This document shows, piece by piece, positions 14,062-28,915 of a DNA stretch of 64,000 nt; the stretch's first letter is position 1; each line of letters opens with the position of its first letter. A program made the translations under genes and the position numbers. The DNA comes from the human T2T-CHM13v2.0 reference genome, Homo sapiens, in NCBI RefSeq assembly GCF_009914755.1, contig NC_060933.1; one strand, 5' to 3'. The notes under the pieces were generated by a model. The model was not told the origin of the DNA. It searched no databases and was given only the letters and a program-made list of their open reading frames with translations.

Positions 14062-16282
14062 CCCAACAGAATTTGATGGACAAGAGGCCTTGGAATGAGA
14101 CACCTACGCACCAGAACCCTCTCTCACTCCAAACAAGAAACACACCCCACCCACTGTACTACTGCCCATCACACCTCTGAAGTGTCCTTGCAGGAAGTTA
14201 GTGAATCATTTCCAACAGAGCCCTTGCTAGCGCTTAAATCACCACCAAAATCCCTTCCCCTTCCAAGGTCCTGGTGGCCTCGGAACCCCCTTCTCAGCCC
14301 CCTACCCAGGGCCCCTATCTAGCATGAGTTGCATCTGGAGGTAAAATCTCAGGGGATTTCACACCAATGCAGTGCCATGTTATGGCCATTGAGACAAGTA
14401 CACAAAAGAAACCCAGAGAGAAAGCACACTCACCATCCTACCACGGAGCTAGAACCAAAGCTCACTCAACAAAAATGGAGCTGAAGGAGTCACCAAAGGG
14501 AAGCTCTGTACTTCTGAAGTCAAGGTACTTGAGTACTAATCCCTTTCTTTTCTCTCTGGTTTCACCAATCTGATCATCTGTCAATTAGGTTTCAGTTTGA
14601 CCTGTCCCTCATTCAACACCATCTCATAAAACCCACCTCTCCTGTCTGTGTGATGGCTTCTGCTGAAATACATCCAAATAAACACAGGCAGCAACAGACC
14701 AGCCAAGGCTGTTCAGATAAGCATTTTAGATCTCAACCAGCAGGGATGTGTGTTGGTGGGTACCCCTGTGACAGGGAGTCTCAGTCTCCTCCAGGAGTCA
14801 TGGGGGGTGGGGGGAGGCTTCAGGCATGACTTGTCTAATTGGCCTACAAAAAGAATTACTTACTCTCCACTTACCTTTGATTACCTTTAAAAAAAAAAAA
14901 AAAAGGCTTGCGGGGGGCCTTCTAGGTATAGAAATTCTGTATTCTCCATTCCCCAATCCCCAGGCCTGGTTTTCTAAGATAATTTTTAATATTGCCAGAA
15001 TATTAATGCTGAAGGGTTTTATCTAAATCTTCTCCCTGATCTGACGATATCTGACAAACTCATTACTCTCTTGGATTTTTGGCTGGAACCGGAGCTAACA
15101 CATCCTGCGGGCTGCCATACACATTCAAGACTCTTCCCATCCACAGACCATAACACGTCTCCATTTCCAGTTTGGCAAAATTTTTTAGTCTTTTTTTTTT
15201 CTAAATGAATGTCAGGATATAATCTGGATACATATTAACATGCACAGAACTGAGTCCAAAAACGCTTTGAGGCCAATTTTTAAAATCATATTTTCTAAAT
15301 TAAGTCATCAACTTCCTGTGCTGGGAAGTGATCAGTTGGTTGGGGAGACCATTTTATTGCCTTAACTTGGTATTTTCTGTGTTATCACTGCAAGCTTACA
15401 AAGCCTTAAGAACTTAAAGCCTCGCGAACTTAAAGAGCTAACAAGCCTGTGTGTGGCTCACGAACCCCACCCCTGGTAGTTCTCAGAACCCAACATTGCA
15501 AAGCCAGCAGCTCTCTCTAGTTCCCACCTTTCTCCAAAATATTCTCTGGAAGGCATGAGCCTCTGCATCCCAATTCTCTCCCATTTGTCAATCAAACCCA
15601 AGGAAACTCCTTTCCAAATGGCAGTGTGGCCTGCAGCTGGCCAGAGAACAAAGCGGGAAGGCAAACAAAGAGCAAAGGGCACCGGAAAACTTTAAAAAGG
15701 AGCCTTTGTTGAAGCTTTGGGGGTTGGGGGGGGGTAGGGCAGGGTGTGGAGGGAGATGGGGATGTCTATCACTCCAAAGGCCCTACTGTGGGATCTCCAG
15801 GCGGGAATAACCATCCTTCAAGGGCTTTGCTTTTAATAAAACCTAATTCTCAGCCCATTATCTCCATTCCTTGCACAGAGTGGAGGGGCTTGGGATTCCC
15901 CAGGACTGAGCAGCGTGTGGCTCCCGCCTGGGCCTGCACCAGGGTGGCTATGACATGGGACCTAAGGGAAGGAGAGGCCAAATGCCTGGGTGAGACCGAG
16001 ATCTGGAAACATGCTGGTCCCCGCCAAAATGTAATTCCAAATAGAAATAACAGGGAACCCTAAAAGTGATCTACAAAAGCCCTGCCCCAAGGTTCTGATT
16101 TTTCTCCCACATGACCACTGTGATGCGTTTAAATCAAATCAACGAATCAAAATACCTAGGTCTTATCTAAATCCTGTTGAATAACACACAAAATAAAACA
16201 AAACTCATGAAATAAACAGGAAAATGTGAACTGTGAATATTTTATATTAGGAAGTGCCTTTTTAAGTAGCAGTATGGTTTCC

Positions 16283-16590
16283 TTTTTTTTTTTTTTTTTT
16301 TTTTTGAGACAGAATTTCACTCTTCTTGCCCAGGCTGGAGAACAATGTCGCGATCTCAGCTCACTGCAACCTCCGCTTCCGGGGTTCAAGCGATTTTCCT
16401 GCCTCAGCCTCTCCCGAGTAGCTGGGATTACAGGCGTGCACCACTACGTCCGGCTAATTTTGTATTTTTAGTAGAGACGGGATTTCACCATGTTGGTCAG
16501 GCTCGTCTCGAACTCCTGACCTCAACTGATCCACCCGCCTCAGCCTCCCCAAAGTGCTGGGATTACAGGCATGAGCTACCGCCCCCGGCC
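16283..16590 (-). mobile_element. Alu (AluS-type)
   Basis: T tail then reverse Alu; TSD atggtt(t/a)c. Confidence 0.97.
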
Positions 16591-16699
16591 ATGGTTACTT
16601 TTTAAAAGGCGCATTTATCTTCTGGAGACATAAAGATGCCATCTTAAAGGGGTTTCACATTTAGAGGAGCAGGAGAGGAGGCCATGTGAACAGCCCAGA

Positions 16700-17110
16700 T
16701 TGTTGGAGCCAGCGGGGACCCACCAGGGCCATCATTCTCCCCCTCCCCTCGCCATTTCCAGGGTGCAGAGCTAGACAGAACTGGACCGACAGCGTGGGCC
16801 GGTAGACGTCGACGTGTGTCTACACCACGGCCTCTGCACACCCACTTGCTTCCTCCCCACACCGCGATCTGTCTACACCAGGGTCTCTGCTTACACCACC
16901 GACTGTGCACCCACGCACGGCGCGGCAGCCCCTCCGCCCGAGTCACAGCCTCTTCCTGCCCTCACGAGGGGACCCGCGACCACCACTCCCCCGCCCCGCC
17001 CTTCCCGGCAACCCCCGGCCCGGGCTGCTCCGGAGGGTTAAGCGATCCCTGACCACACCGCCTTTACTCGGGAAATACAAACCAAATTCCGCTCCCGGGA
17101 TGAGGTTTCT
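16700..17110. promoter_or_regulatory. Small CpG island / GC-box region
   Basis: Dense CpG outside any repeat; ccccgccccgccc at ~16988-17000. Confidence 0.75.
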
Positions 17111-17278
17111 CTTCTCCTGAAGAAAATCAGGTTTTTCAGCTTGGGGGTGGGAAGGCCGTAATTGCAGGACTCAGGGGTGCTTTGCCTGCAGCAGGGAGAT
17201 TCACAGATGAAAGGAAAAGATAACGTTACCTGCTGGAGCATCTTTCTTCTCACCACAGGTCACGAACCCACTACTTAC

Positions 17279-17500
17279 CATTTAAGAGCCCGCAGGAGAG
17301 GATTCCTAGGGATATATAAATACAGACCCAGAAGGGACTCCCCTGACAGTCAGACTGCCTGCCGTGTCTTTTATCCAGGACTGTCGGGAAATTCAACCTC
17401 TTCAAAAATCCCGAGTGAGGCCGCTTTCAACTTCTCTGGCTCCCAGAGCAGATGCACAAAGGCAAGGCTTGCTAGGACCCCTGCGGTCGAGGGCCTTGGG
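17279..17500 (-). other. Candidate alternative first exon of a minus-strand gene, ending ...CTTAAATG|gtaagt (5' boundary unknown)
   Basis: Consensus donor gtaagt at 17278-17273; two extra donors within 50 nt; CpG island on the intron side. Confidence 0.5.
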
Positions 17501-17619
17501 TTGCTACTCCAGGTGACAGCCTCCCATCCTAGGCAAAGGGTACATTCGTGGGGAGGAGGAAATCTTTTGAGAGTTCCATTTCTAACATCCAATTATTTGA
17601 AAGTTGCCATCGGTTTTAT

Positions 17620-18680
<1,061 letters not shown>

Positions 18681-21669
18681 GTTTATATTTTTGAGATCCA
18701 TTTATTTAGAGCATAGCTGAACATGGATTTAAAGACTTAAAGGTACAAACAATGGACTACAAACACCACTGCTCAATGGGAAGCAAATAGTGCCAGATTA
18801 GAGGACGCAGATGCAGGAACACACCTGGGTAAGAATCACAACCTCCTCTTCCACTGGACGCTGATACCCTCCTGCAAGACTCAATGAAGACACCATTTCA
18901 TCCTAGATCTCTAGCCACTACTGCAAGACACTCCTAAAACTCCTTCCTGGCTTAATGTCTCTGTCCTACCCAGGAACAAGTGAAGCCAGGCTGGGATGCG
19001 ATTGAAGCTGTAATCAACACTTCTGCCTCCCTGCCCATGCGTCCTCTTCCACTCTGCTCTCAGAGGGTGATCGAGGCCACACCACTTGCTCAGAAATGGC
19101 AGAATAAAACATGTGTCCATGTGCATTAATAAGAAACAAGGGGCAACTGGACAAAACGAGCAGGAGGAAATCACTGGCAAGACTGGAAAGGGGCTGGCAA
19201 TGCTCAGAGACCTCTGGCTGGCTGTGTCCTGCACGGGAAGCAATGTCCTTTCTTTATTCACTCCTCTCTGCTGCCAAAGCCCACTCTAGTGTGACAGGCT
19301 GTCCACGAAGCAGGTTGGTGAGGTTCTTCCTTTTTTTTTTCATGTTTATGGCTCTTCCATTTTTTTCATGTTTATGGCTCTCCCATTTTTTCTTTGCTTT
19401 CTAACTGACTCTGAACAACTTCTTGGAAAAACAAATGATCACAGAATAACCTCATTTGGAAGAGAGACCGTGTAATAAAATAGAGAGCTGGAGCTTCATT
19501 CCCCCATGCCTAGCCAATAAAATACTAAATCTTACTTTCCAGTGAGACCGGTAAGAGGATTCCACAGTCCTGGGACACTTCCTGAGAGTGGGAACACCTG
19601 GTACCAAGGAAGGAGCAACCGCTGCCTGCAAAGCTGAAGCTGCCGAGTGTGGGACCCACTCCCAAGCCCTGAGTGAGGACAGGGACAAGGACAGAGGAGC
19701 CAGGAGTCCCAGGGCCCCAGGCACACAACGCTGGGCCACTGGGCAGATCACACCCTCAGGTGGACACACTGTGAAGGTGCCTGTCTCAAATCTATACCAT
19801 GAAGGCGCCCCAATAGGACAGAGAAGGTATGTCCACGCACACTAGACATACTGCATGCTAGACGTGGTTGGGGGGTGCCTCGGCGTCTCTGTTTCTGTTG
19901 CCAGGCGACTCCAGACCTAGAGCTGCTGACCCTCTCTGTGTGGACCCGGACAGACCCCCTCACTCTGTACAGGCTGCATAGCTGCCCACACCTACAGGGC
20001 GGGCCGGAAGACCACTACGGTCCCTTCCATCTGAAGCAGTCAGTGGGCTCATGACAAATGCCAAAGCCAACATCAGACGCCAAAACTCTCTGCACACAAC
20101 ACACTAACTCCCTAAAACCGGGCCAAGGACCTGGCTTTGGAAAGGCTAACTCAGGAATTTCTTGAAGTCCAAAAACTTAGCGCTAAGCTTTATAATCTAC
20201 ATTTGTGCACCCCGCCTCCTTGAGGAGCCTTCAGAGGGAGAAATGATATTGTTTTATGGCTGACCCACACGGAAGACACACTCTGCACAGCAAAAGGCTC
20301 CAGAATAATCCTGGCTTCGGCCCATAAGAACAGTGGGTATAATATTAGCGGGGAGGGGGTTACCATTCCTGTAGCCAAAGCTCCTGGCTGAGCCAACCAG
20401 AACAGGCAAAAAGTCTCCAGGGCTTTTTCTCCCACACTGACTGGACCCCAGGGCAGGGGAGTTAGTGGCTTCAGCCAAGTGAGTAGTAAGAGCCCAGTGA
20501 GGGTCAGAGGTGTTCTTAGGATGGATTGCTCTTTTCTTAGAAAATGGCAACTTCTTTCCCTCTTTCTGGAAGAAAGTCAGAAGAGAAAATCCAGAACCAG
20601 AGAGCAGCCCAAAGGGCCACCGATGGAGACACCAGCAGGACCAGCAAGGACCCACCTTGGGTACGGACCCAGGCACAGGGGCCAGGGAGCCACTGTCGGC
20701 CTCAAGCAGGGAAACACTAACTGTGGAATGAACGAGTTCCACATAAGAAGGCAGGAATCTTCTCCTGTAAAGCTTTTTCTTCATTTCTTTTTCTTTGATA
20801 TTCACTAAGAAGACTTCTCATACCTTTTGGGATTTTGATTAACAACAAACATAAGTAAGTGTTATGGTTTTCTTCTCGTAGACGCTGCACTCCTTATTAA
20901 ACTTATAGATGCTGTACTCCTTATTAAACTTATTCCTAAGTGTTTTATAGTTTTTGGTTCAAAGAGGCCCCTAGCAATGCATCCGGAAGCTAATGGGTTT
21001 CCTATGTTAATTAACATGTGGCCACCTTGCTCTCCTTAAGTTTCAATAGTTGTCAGTTGATTCCCTTGAATTTTCCAGTTTATTACCTACAAATAGTGAG
21101 AGCTTGCTCTTATCTTTTCTAATTATCGTATTGGCTGGGACGACCAGAGCAGCACTGGACAGTAACGGTGACAACAGAAATCTGTATCTTCTCCTGTGTT
21201 TTACCTTGAAATGGAATATTCACTGAAGATCTTTGAAAGAATCCTTTTATGGAGTTAACTAGGCCTATTTTGCTAATGTCAGCAAAGAATGCTGACATTT
21301 AGCACAAGCATTTATAGCATCCACTGAGATGATTTTTCCCTCTAAAATTAAAATGCCCTCATGTGGATTTTTTTAATGCTGAACCATCCCAGAATTGCTG
21401 TTGTTCTTTTAACATAGTACCAGGGCTTATTTGCTAAATTCTATGCAGGACTTTTCCATCTCTATTTTCAAGTGTTCAGAGGGCATCTGTAGTTTGATAT
21501 TTTAGTTTTCTACTGTTACATAACAAATTGCCTCAAACTTAGCAGCTTTTCTAAACACCAACTATGTATTAAGTTACGGTTCTGTACATCAGAAGTCTAA
21601 GAAGAGCATGGCTGGGTTCCCACCTCTTACACAGCTAAAAATCAAGTTGTCAGCAGGGCTGTTCCTTTC

Positions 21670-21985
<316 letters not shown>

Positions 21986-22181
21986 TAGCTGTGTTCCTTT
22001 CTAGAGGCCCAGGGAAAGAATCTTTTGCAGGTTCATTCAGGTTGTTGTCCATATTCCGTTCCTTTTGGTTGCAGGACTGCATCCCTGTTTCCTTGCTGGG
22101 TGTGGGCTGCAGCCCCTCTCGGCTCCTGGAGGCTGCCCACATTCCCGGCCCTGGGCCCCTCACCTTTAAAGCCAGCACAGG

Positions 22182-22487
<306 letters not shown>

Positions 22488-22759
22488 GCCAGCACAGGCA
22501 CATCAAATCCTTCTCACAGTTTCAATCTTTGACTTCCTGTCCCAACCTCTAGGCCCAGATTTTAAGGGCTCCTGTGATGAAGCCAAACTGGCCAGATAAT
22601 CTCCCTTTCTAAACTCACCGTGCCACACAACACAACCTAGTGATGAAAGGGAAACCCGCCATCAGCACATCCTTGGGTAGGGCCCTAGGTAAGTGCACCG
22701 GCAGGTGGGAAACTTGGGGCATCTTCAAATTCTGCCATCGTCTGCAGAAGGGCAGAGCA

Positions 22760-23303
<544 letters not shown>

Positions 23304-23416
23304 ACAGATACTTTCTCTTTTGTACTATCCTTGTGAGGGCCTGGGGTCTATACTATAAAGTACATTGATGAATTTACAATCATTTTTAAACGTCTGCTCA
23401 ACAAAAGAAACCAAGG

Positions 23417-24070
<654 letters not shown>

Positions 24071-24239
24071 ACCACATATGTAACAGAAGATATTCACATC
24101 CAAGACTCCTTCAACGGCCAGTGCCTCTCCCTCTACCTTCAAACTGTATCCCGCCACTGATCAATACTCCATACCACCCATCCAATCCAAGCCACCATCC
24201 TCTCCCCTGCCACACTCTCCTGCCATTTCGGAGAGACTT

Positions 24240-24390
24240 TTTACCCAAAATAGCATAAAATTTACCATCTTAACCATCTCTAAATGGACAGTTCTGGGGC
24301 TTTAAGTACATTCACACTGTTGGCAACCACCATCACCATCTATCTCCAGAATTCTTTTCACTTTGCACAACTGAAACTCTGTACCCATCA
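24240..24390 (-). mobile_element. L1MB 3' end (reverse)
   Basis: cataaaatttaccatcttaacca...agtacattcacactgttggcaaccaccatcaccatctatctccagaa. Confidence 0.8.
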
Positions 24391-24409
24391 GAGGGTGTTT
24401 TTTTTAGCA

Positions 24410-24760
24410 TAAAACTAAGTCACAACATTCCCCTGCTGAAAGCCTTCCAAAAGCTTCCCAATGCACACAGGATGAAATCCAAGTTCTCACTGTGGCCTAC
24501 ACAGCCCTTGTGACTGGTCCCTGCTCCCCAACTCCAGCCCCGTCACTCTCCCAGCACCCACCTCTAGGTTCACTGGCCCCTGCTCTTCCTTGAACACACC
24601 AAGCTTGCTCCAGCCACGGGGCCTTTGCACTGGCCACTCCCTCTACCAAGAAGTCTCTTCTCTCAGACATGCCAATGCTTGGGTCCCTTGTTCCCCACCT
24701 TCGTTTGCACAAGGGGCCTCAGCCTCATCTGATCTCCCCTGGCATCATAACATGTGTGTC
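24410..24760 (+). mobile_element. L2 fragment
   Basis: ttccttgaacacaccaagcttgctccagccacggggcctttgcactgg. Confidence 0.7.
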
Positions 24761-24810
24761 TGCTAACTGATTAACACGGATTTTAGATTACCATTGAGGA
24801 GAAAAACATA

Positions 24811-24989
24811 ATGAGCTTAAACTTTAAGGGGAAGGGAGCATATAAATTCCTATTTCTTGGTGTCCAGTGAGGCAATTTCTCTAATGGGAACCAGAAGCAG
24901 AGAGAGTAAGAAACATGCTGATGTGAGCAGGCACATTCGAGGTATAAGAAACTGTCAAGTGATTATTCACTTCTGTTGGCTGTGCAAAA
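24811..24989 (+). repeat. Left arm of ~180 bp unique-sequence inverted repeat (partner 26898-27079)
   Basis: Manual alignment to the reverse complement of 26898-27079: ~8 substitutions and 2 small indels; 24851-24934 identical (84 nt). Confidence 0.97.
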
Positions 24990-25177
24990 ACACAATGAGT
25001 TTAAACTGAACATTCTCACAGAGAACTTGTGAGTGCCCAAAATATGCCCAGAACTATAGTTTTAAACATCAGATGCCCTGGGCATTTCCATTGTTATTCT
25101 TGAGAGTGGAGGGGAATTCTGTCCTTTCCAGTTCCTTCAGTATGCTTAATTATTTCTCCCCTGAAAGTTCCTCCTAT

Positions 25178-26295
25178 CCAAAACACTGATGACACCAAAT
25201 GCTGGGAGGATGTGGAGCAACAGGAGGTCCCATTCACTGCTCATGAGAATGCAAAATGGTATGGCCACTGAGGAAGACAGTTTGATGGTTTCTTACAAAG
25301 CTAAACACACTCTTACCCTATGTTCTAGCAATCACACTCCTTGGTATAAGGAGATGAAAACTTATGTCCACACAAAAACCTGCACAAGGATATTTACAGC
25401 AGCTTCATTCATAATTGCCAAAACTTGGAAGCAGATGTCCTTCAGCAGGTAAGAGGGTACACAAATTGTGGTACATCTAGTGGATGAAATATTCAGCACT
25501 AAAAAGAAATGAGCTATCAAACCATGAAAAGAGATAGAGCAAACTTAAATGCCAATTGCTAAATGAAAGAATCCAATCTGAAAGAACTACATACTATATG
25601 ATTCCAACTATAAGACATCTAGAAAAGGTAAAACTATGGAGTCATGTGATTGCCAGGGATTGGGGAGGAAGGGATGAATAAGTGGAGTACAGAAAATTTT
25701 TACGGCATTGAAAAATATCTGTATGATACTATCATGGTAGACACATATCATTTTACATTTGTTCAAACCCACAGAACATACAGCACCAAAAGTGAACCCT
25801 AAGGTAAACTATGGACTCTGGGTGATAATGATATATCAATATAGGTTCATCAACTGTAGAAAACACACCACTCTGGTAGGGGATGTTGGGCAGGTTACAG
25901 GGAATATGGGAATTCTCTGTTCCTTCATCTCTATTTTGTTGTGAACCTAAAATGTTCTAAAAAATAAATCTATTTAGGCCAGGCACGGTGGCTCACGCCT
26001 GTAATCCTAGCACTTTGGAGGCTGAGGCGGGCGGATCACTTGAGGTCAGGAGTTCAAGACCAGCCTGGCCAACATGGTGAAACCCCATCTCTACTAAAAT
26101 ACAAAATTTAGGCGGGCATGATGGCAGATGCCTGTAATCCCAGCTACTCGGGAGGCTGACACGGGAGAATTCGCTTGAACATGAAAGACGGCGGTTGCAG
26201 TGAGCCGAGATCGCGCCACTGCACTCCAGCCTGGGCGGCTGAGCGAGACTCTGTCTCAAAAAAGAAAAAAGAAATACATAAATCTATTTAAAAAA
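25178..26295 (+). mobile_element. L1MC1/MB-like 3' fragment with an Alu in its tail
   Basis: gacaccaaatgctgggaggatgtggagcaacagg...gtgaaccctaaggtaaactatggactctgggtgataatga. Confidence 0.85.
25977..26274 (+). mobile_element. Alu (AluS-type)
   Basis: Full dimer; TSD ataaatctattta. Confidence 0.97.
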
Positions 26296-26887
26296 ATGAC
26301 TCTACTCTTAATTGGTAATTCAGGCATTTGGTGATACAGGGAAGCCAAGGTCCCTCCATGTCACCCGCGTGCCAGTACCTCCCACCAGACACCTGTGGCA
26401 GCTGAGACTGCTTGTGTATCAAGAAAACTTGAGCCCATGTCACAATCTTTCAAAAATATTCAAACAGCCTCCATCTTTGACAAATGCCCAAGGTTAATGT
26501 TGCAAAAAAGGATGAAATCCATAGAACACATTACTGGAAAAGTTTTCCAAAATCTGTCTTCCTTCCTCTAGAAGAGAAATTCACGCAGTGCATACAATAT
26601 TGTGAAGATGAAAAAGCAGCATCACCCTAGACCATCTCTCCTTAGACTGCGTGTCCTTCCTTGCCAGTGCCGCTCCACTGGGTATATTTGTAGCCCTGAC
26701 TCTGTCTTGGCTGAACATCAAAGATGCAATCTTGGTTCCCCCGCTTCCCCACAATGCTGTCCTCATCCAGTTTATCTTCAGAAACACCACTTTAAAAACA
26801 ACAGAATTAATTCTCCTCAGATCCCTATTTCTCCTCACAAGGTGATCAGATTCCAGGTTTTTCCTTCGGCTTCTGGAAAGATCTCAC

Positions 26888-27021
26888 CATATCCGGATTT
26901 TGCGCAGCCAACAGAAGTGTGAATAATCACTTGACAGTTTCTTATACCTCAAAAGTGCCTGCTCACATCAGCATGTTTCTTACTCTCTCTGCTTCTGGTT
27001 CCCATTAGAGAAATTGCCTCA
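26888..27021 (-). other. Candidate 134-nt cassette exon, non-coding or poison (stops in all three frames), ending in ATG
   Basis: Minus strand: gtctcttatttcttggtgtccag|TGAGGCAATT...CCGGATATG|gtgagat. Confidence 0.45.
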
Positions 27022-27079
27022 CTGGACACCAAGAAATAAGAGACTTATCTGCCCCCTTCCCCTTAAAGTTTAAACTCAT
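26898..27079 (-). repeat. Right arm of the ~180 bp inverted repeat (probable donor copy)
   Basis: Reverse complement matches 24811-24989. Confidence 0.97.
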
Positions 27080-28729
27080 AAACTAGATGGGAGAAATGTT
27101 CACATGTATGTTGTAATCCCTTTTAAACTTACTTCTAAGGGCACTTTTTTTTTCATTTGGGCTTAGAACTGATTAAACAAAACAATGTTCTGTCCAAACC
27201 TGCATTTTTCTTATTACTTTCTAATCATTTTACCACCAACATAAAGGCCTGTTCTTTTCCAACACTGGGCTCTTTAATCATTCCTGACAGGCCTCTGCTT
27301 TCTGCTTGGCCAGGCCCCAGCAAACACCGTTGGGCTCCACCGCCCTCGGCTGCTCTCCCTAAGTCCTCTCTGCCCGGTAACACAGCTCATTTAAAGAGCG
27401 AGTGGGAGCAAAGGGAAGGAAGGGGAAGGCCCATGCTCCTCGTGAAAGCTCCTCTTCCGTGTTCGGTGCAATGCAGCACTGGCAGCTGGATGCACACGTA
27501 GACCCCGTAAGTGCATAGGAAGCACGGGTGGGTTGTGGAGCCCCACCCTTCCCCACACAGCACTGTGATCAGAATAACTGCTCCCAAATTAAGGGAAAGG
27601 CTGGGAGTTTTCGAGTCCCATTAAACTTGATAGTCAAGCTACTTATTAAAATTAGCAATTAAACTTATACAATTTAATTTTCAAAGTGAAATCAAACATG
27701 GTCTCTTGTTTTAGGCCAAAATAATCCCAAAGGGGAAGCAGGGAAGACATGCCTATCCCACTTGTACAGAGGAAAGAAGGTGATCCAGGTCTTCTGGCAT
27801 GTTCTCCTCTAAGGCATTGCCAAAAGTTATGTGGTTAGTAAACGTTATAATAATAGTCTCATGGGGTTGGTGATAATGTCAATAGTTAGTACAACCTTCC
27901 ATGGCTTTAGGAAAATTTTGTCATAAGAACAAAGTGATACTGGGTGATGCTCTGACCAAAGAACAGGATTTGGAAGTGGGTGGGGGGGTATTCCAGGTGG
28001 GGGGAACCACCTGGCCAAAGGTGTGAAGGCGAGCCTAAGATGTGGGGTGAGCTTGTGGAGCAGAAGACAGGTGGGCTGAGGACAGGCTTCCAGGCCCAGG
28101 GGCATCTCACAAAGGGGCCTGGGGAGGCTGCCTCACTCCAAGCCTCACCCTTCTTTCTAAATAAAAACACTCAAGAGAAATAAGTGGGATGTCCACACCA
28201 AAGTTCCAAAGGCAGCCCAGGCCCGGTCACCAAGACTTCCCTCCCTGAGGACGGGTCTGCTTCTGAGGGAGTCCCTGTGTGTATCATTGCATCCACCTGA
28301 GGATGTGTGGTGAGGAAGGTGGACATGTGGACAGAGAGTGCAGTCCCCCTGCCTGGAGCCACAGAAGGTGAGACTGAAGAGGAAGGGAGAAGGAGCACCA
28401 GACGGGCCACCCACAGGCTCCATCCTGACCTTGCCACGGCGGGGTCCACACACCCCGAGAACCCCTCGGGCCACACCCCTGGGCCTCTCTGACTCCCACA
28501 AGCCTGTCTACAATCACTGATCCCCTCATGGTCACCGGTTCTGGAAAGAAAGTCTCAAGTGGCTTTGCCAATTTAGTGAAGCATCCGTTATCTGGTTCCT
28601 TCTCTGCAAATGAGTCTTGTGTCCAGAGCCTTTCTAACCACTTCCATCCCAAACTTCCCTCGGAGGAAAGGTGACCTGTGGCCAACTAAGAGCCCAGAGT
28701 GACGACAGCTGTCATCTGGATAACACCAT

Positions 28730-28915
28730 GTGGCTGGCACTGTGCTTAGTGCTGGGTGCATATCCCATGCCCCAAACCTCACAAAACCCTGTGGGGAGAG
28801 AAGTGGTGTCCCCGTTTCAGAGATGGACATTTGAGACCCAAGATACTAAATGATCTGCCCAAAAAACACACTGGAGAGCCAGGATTACAACCCCAAGACG
28901 TCCTACAGAACCCCA
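28730..28915 (-). mobile_element. MIR (reverse)
   Basis: cctcacaaaaccctgtgggg...ccccgtttcagagatggacatttgagacccaaga...tgatctgcccaa. Confidence 0.7.

Noticed and set aside
24811-27079. Inverted arms read as terminal inverted repeats of a DNA transposon
   Set aside because: No TSD outside the pair and no transposase remnant; the interior is older L1 plus unique DNA, and the 22-bp duplication brackets only the left arm.
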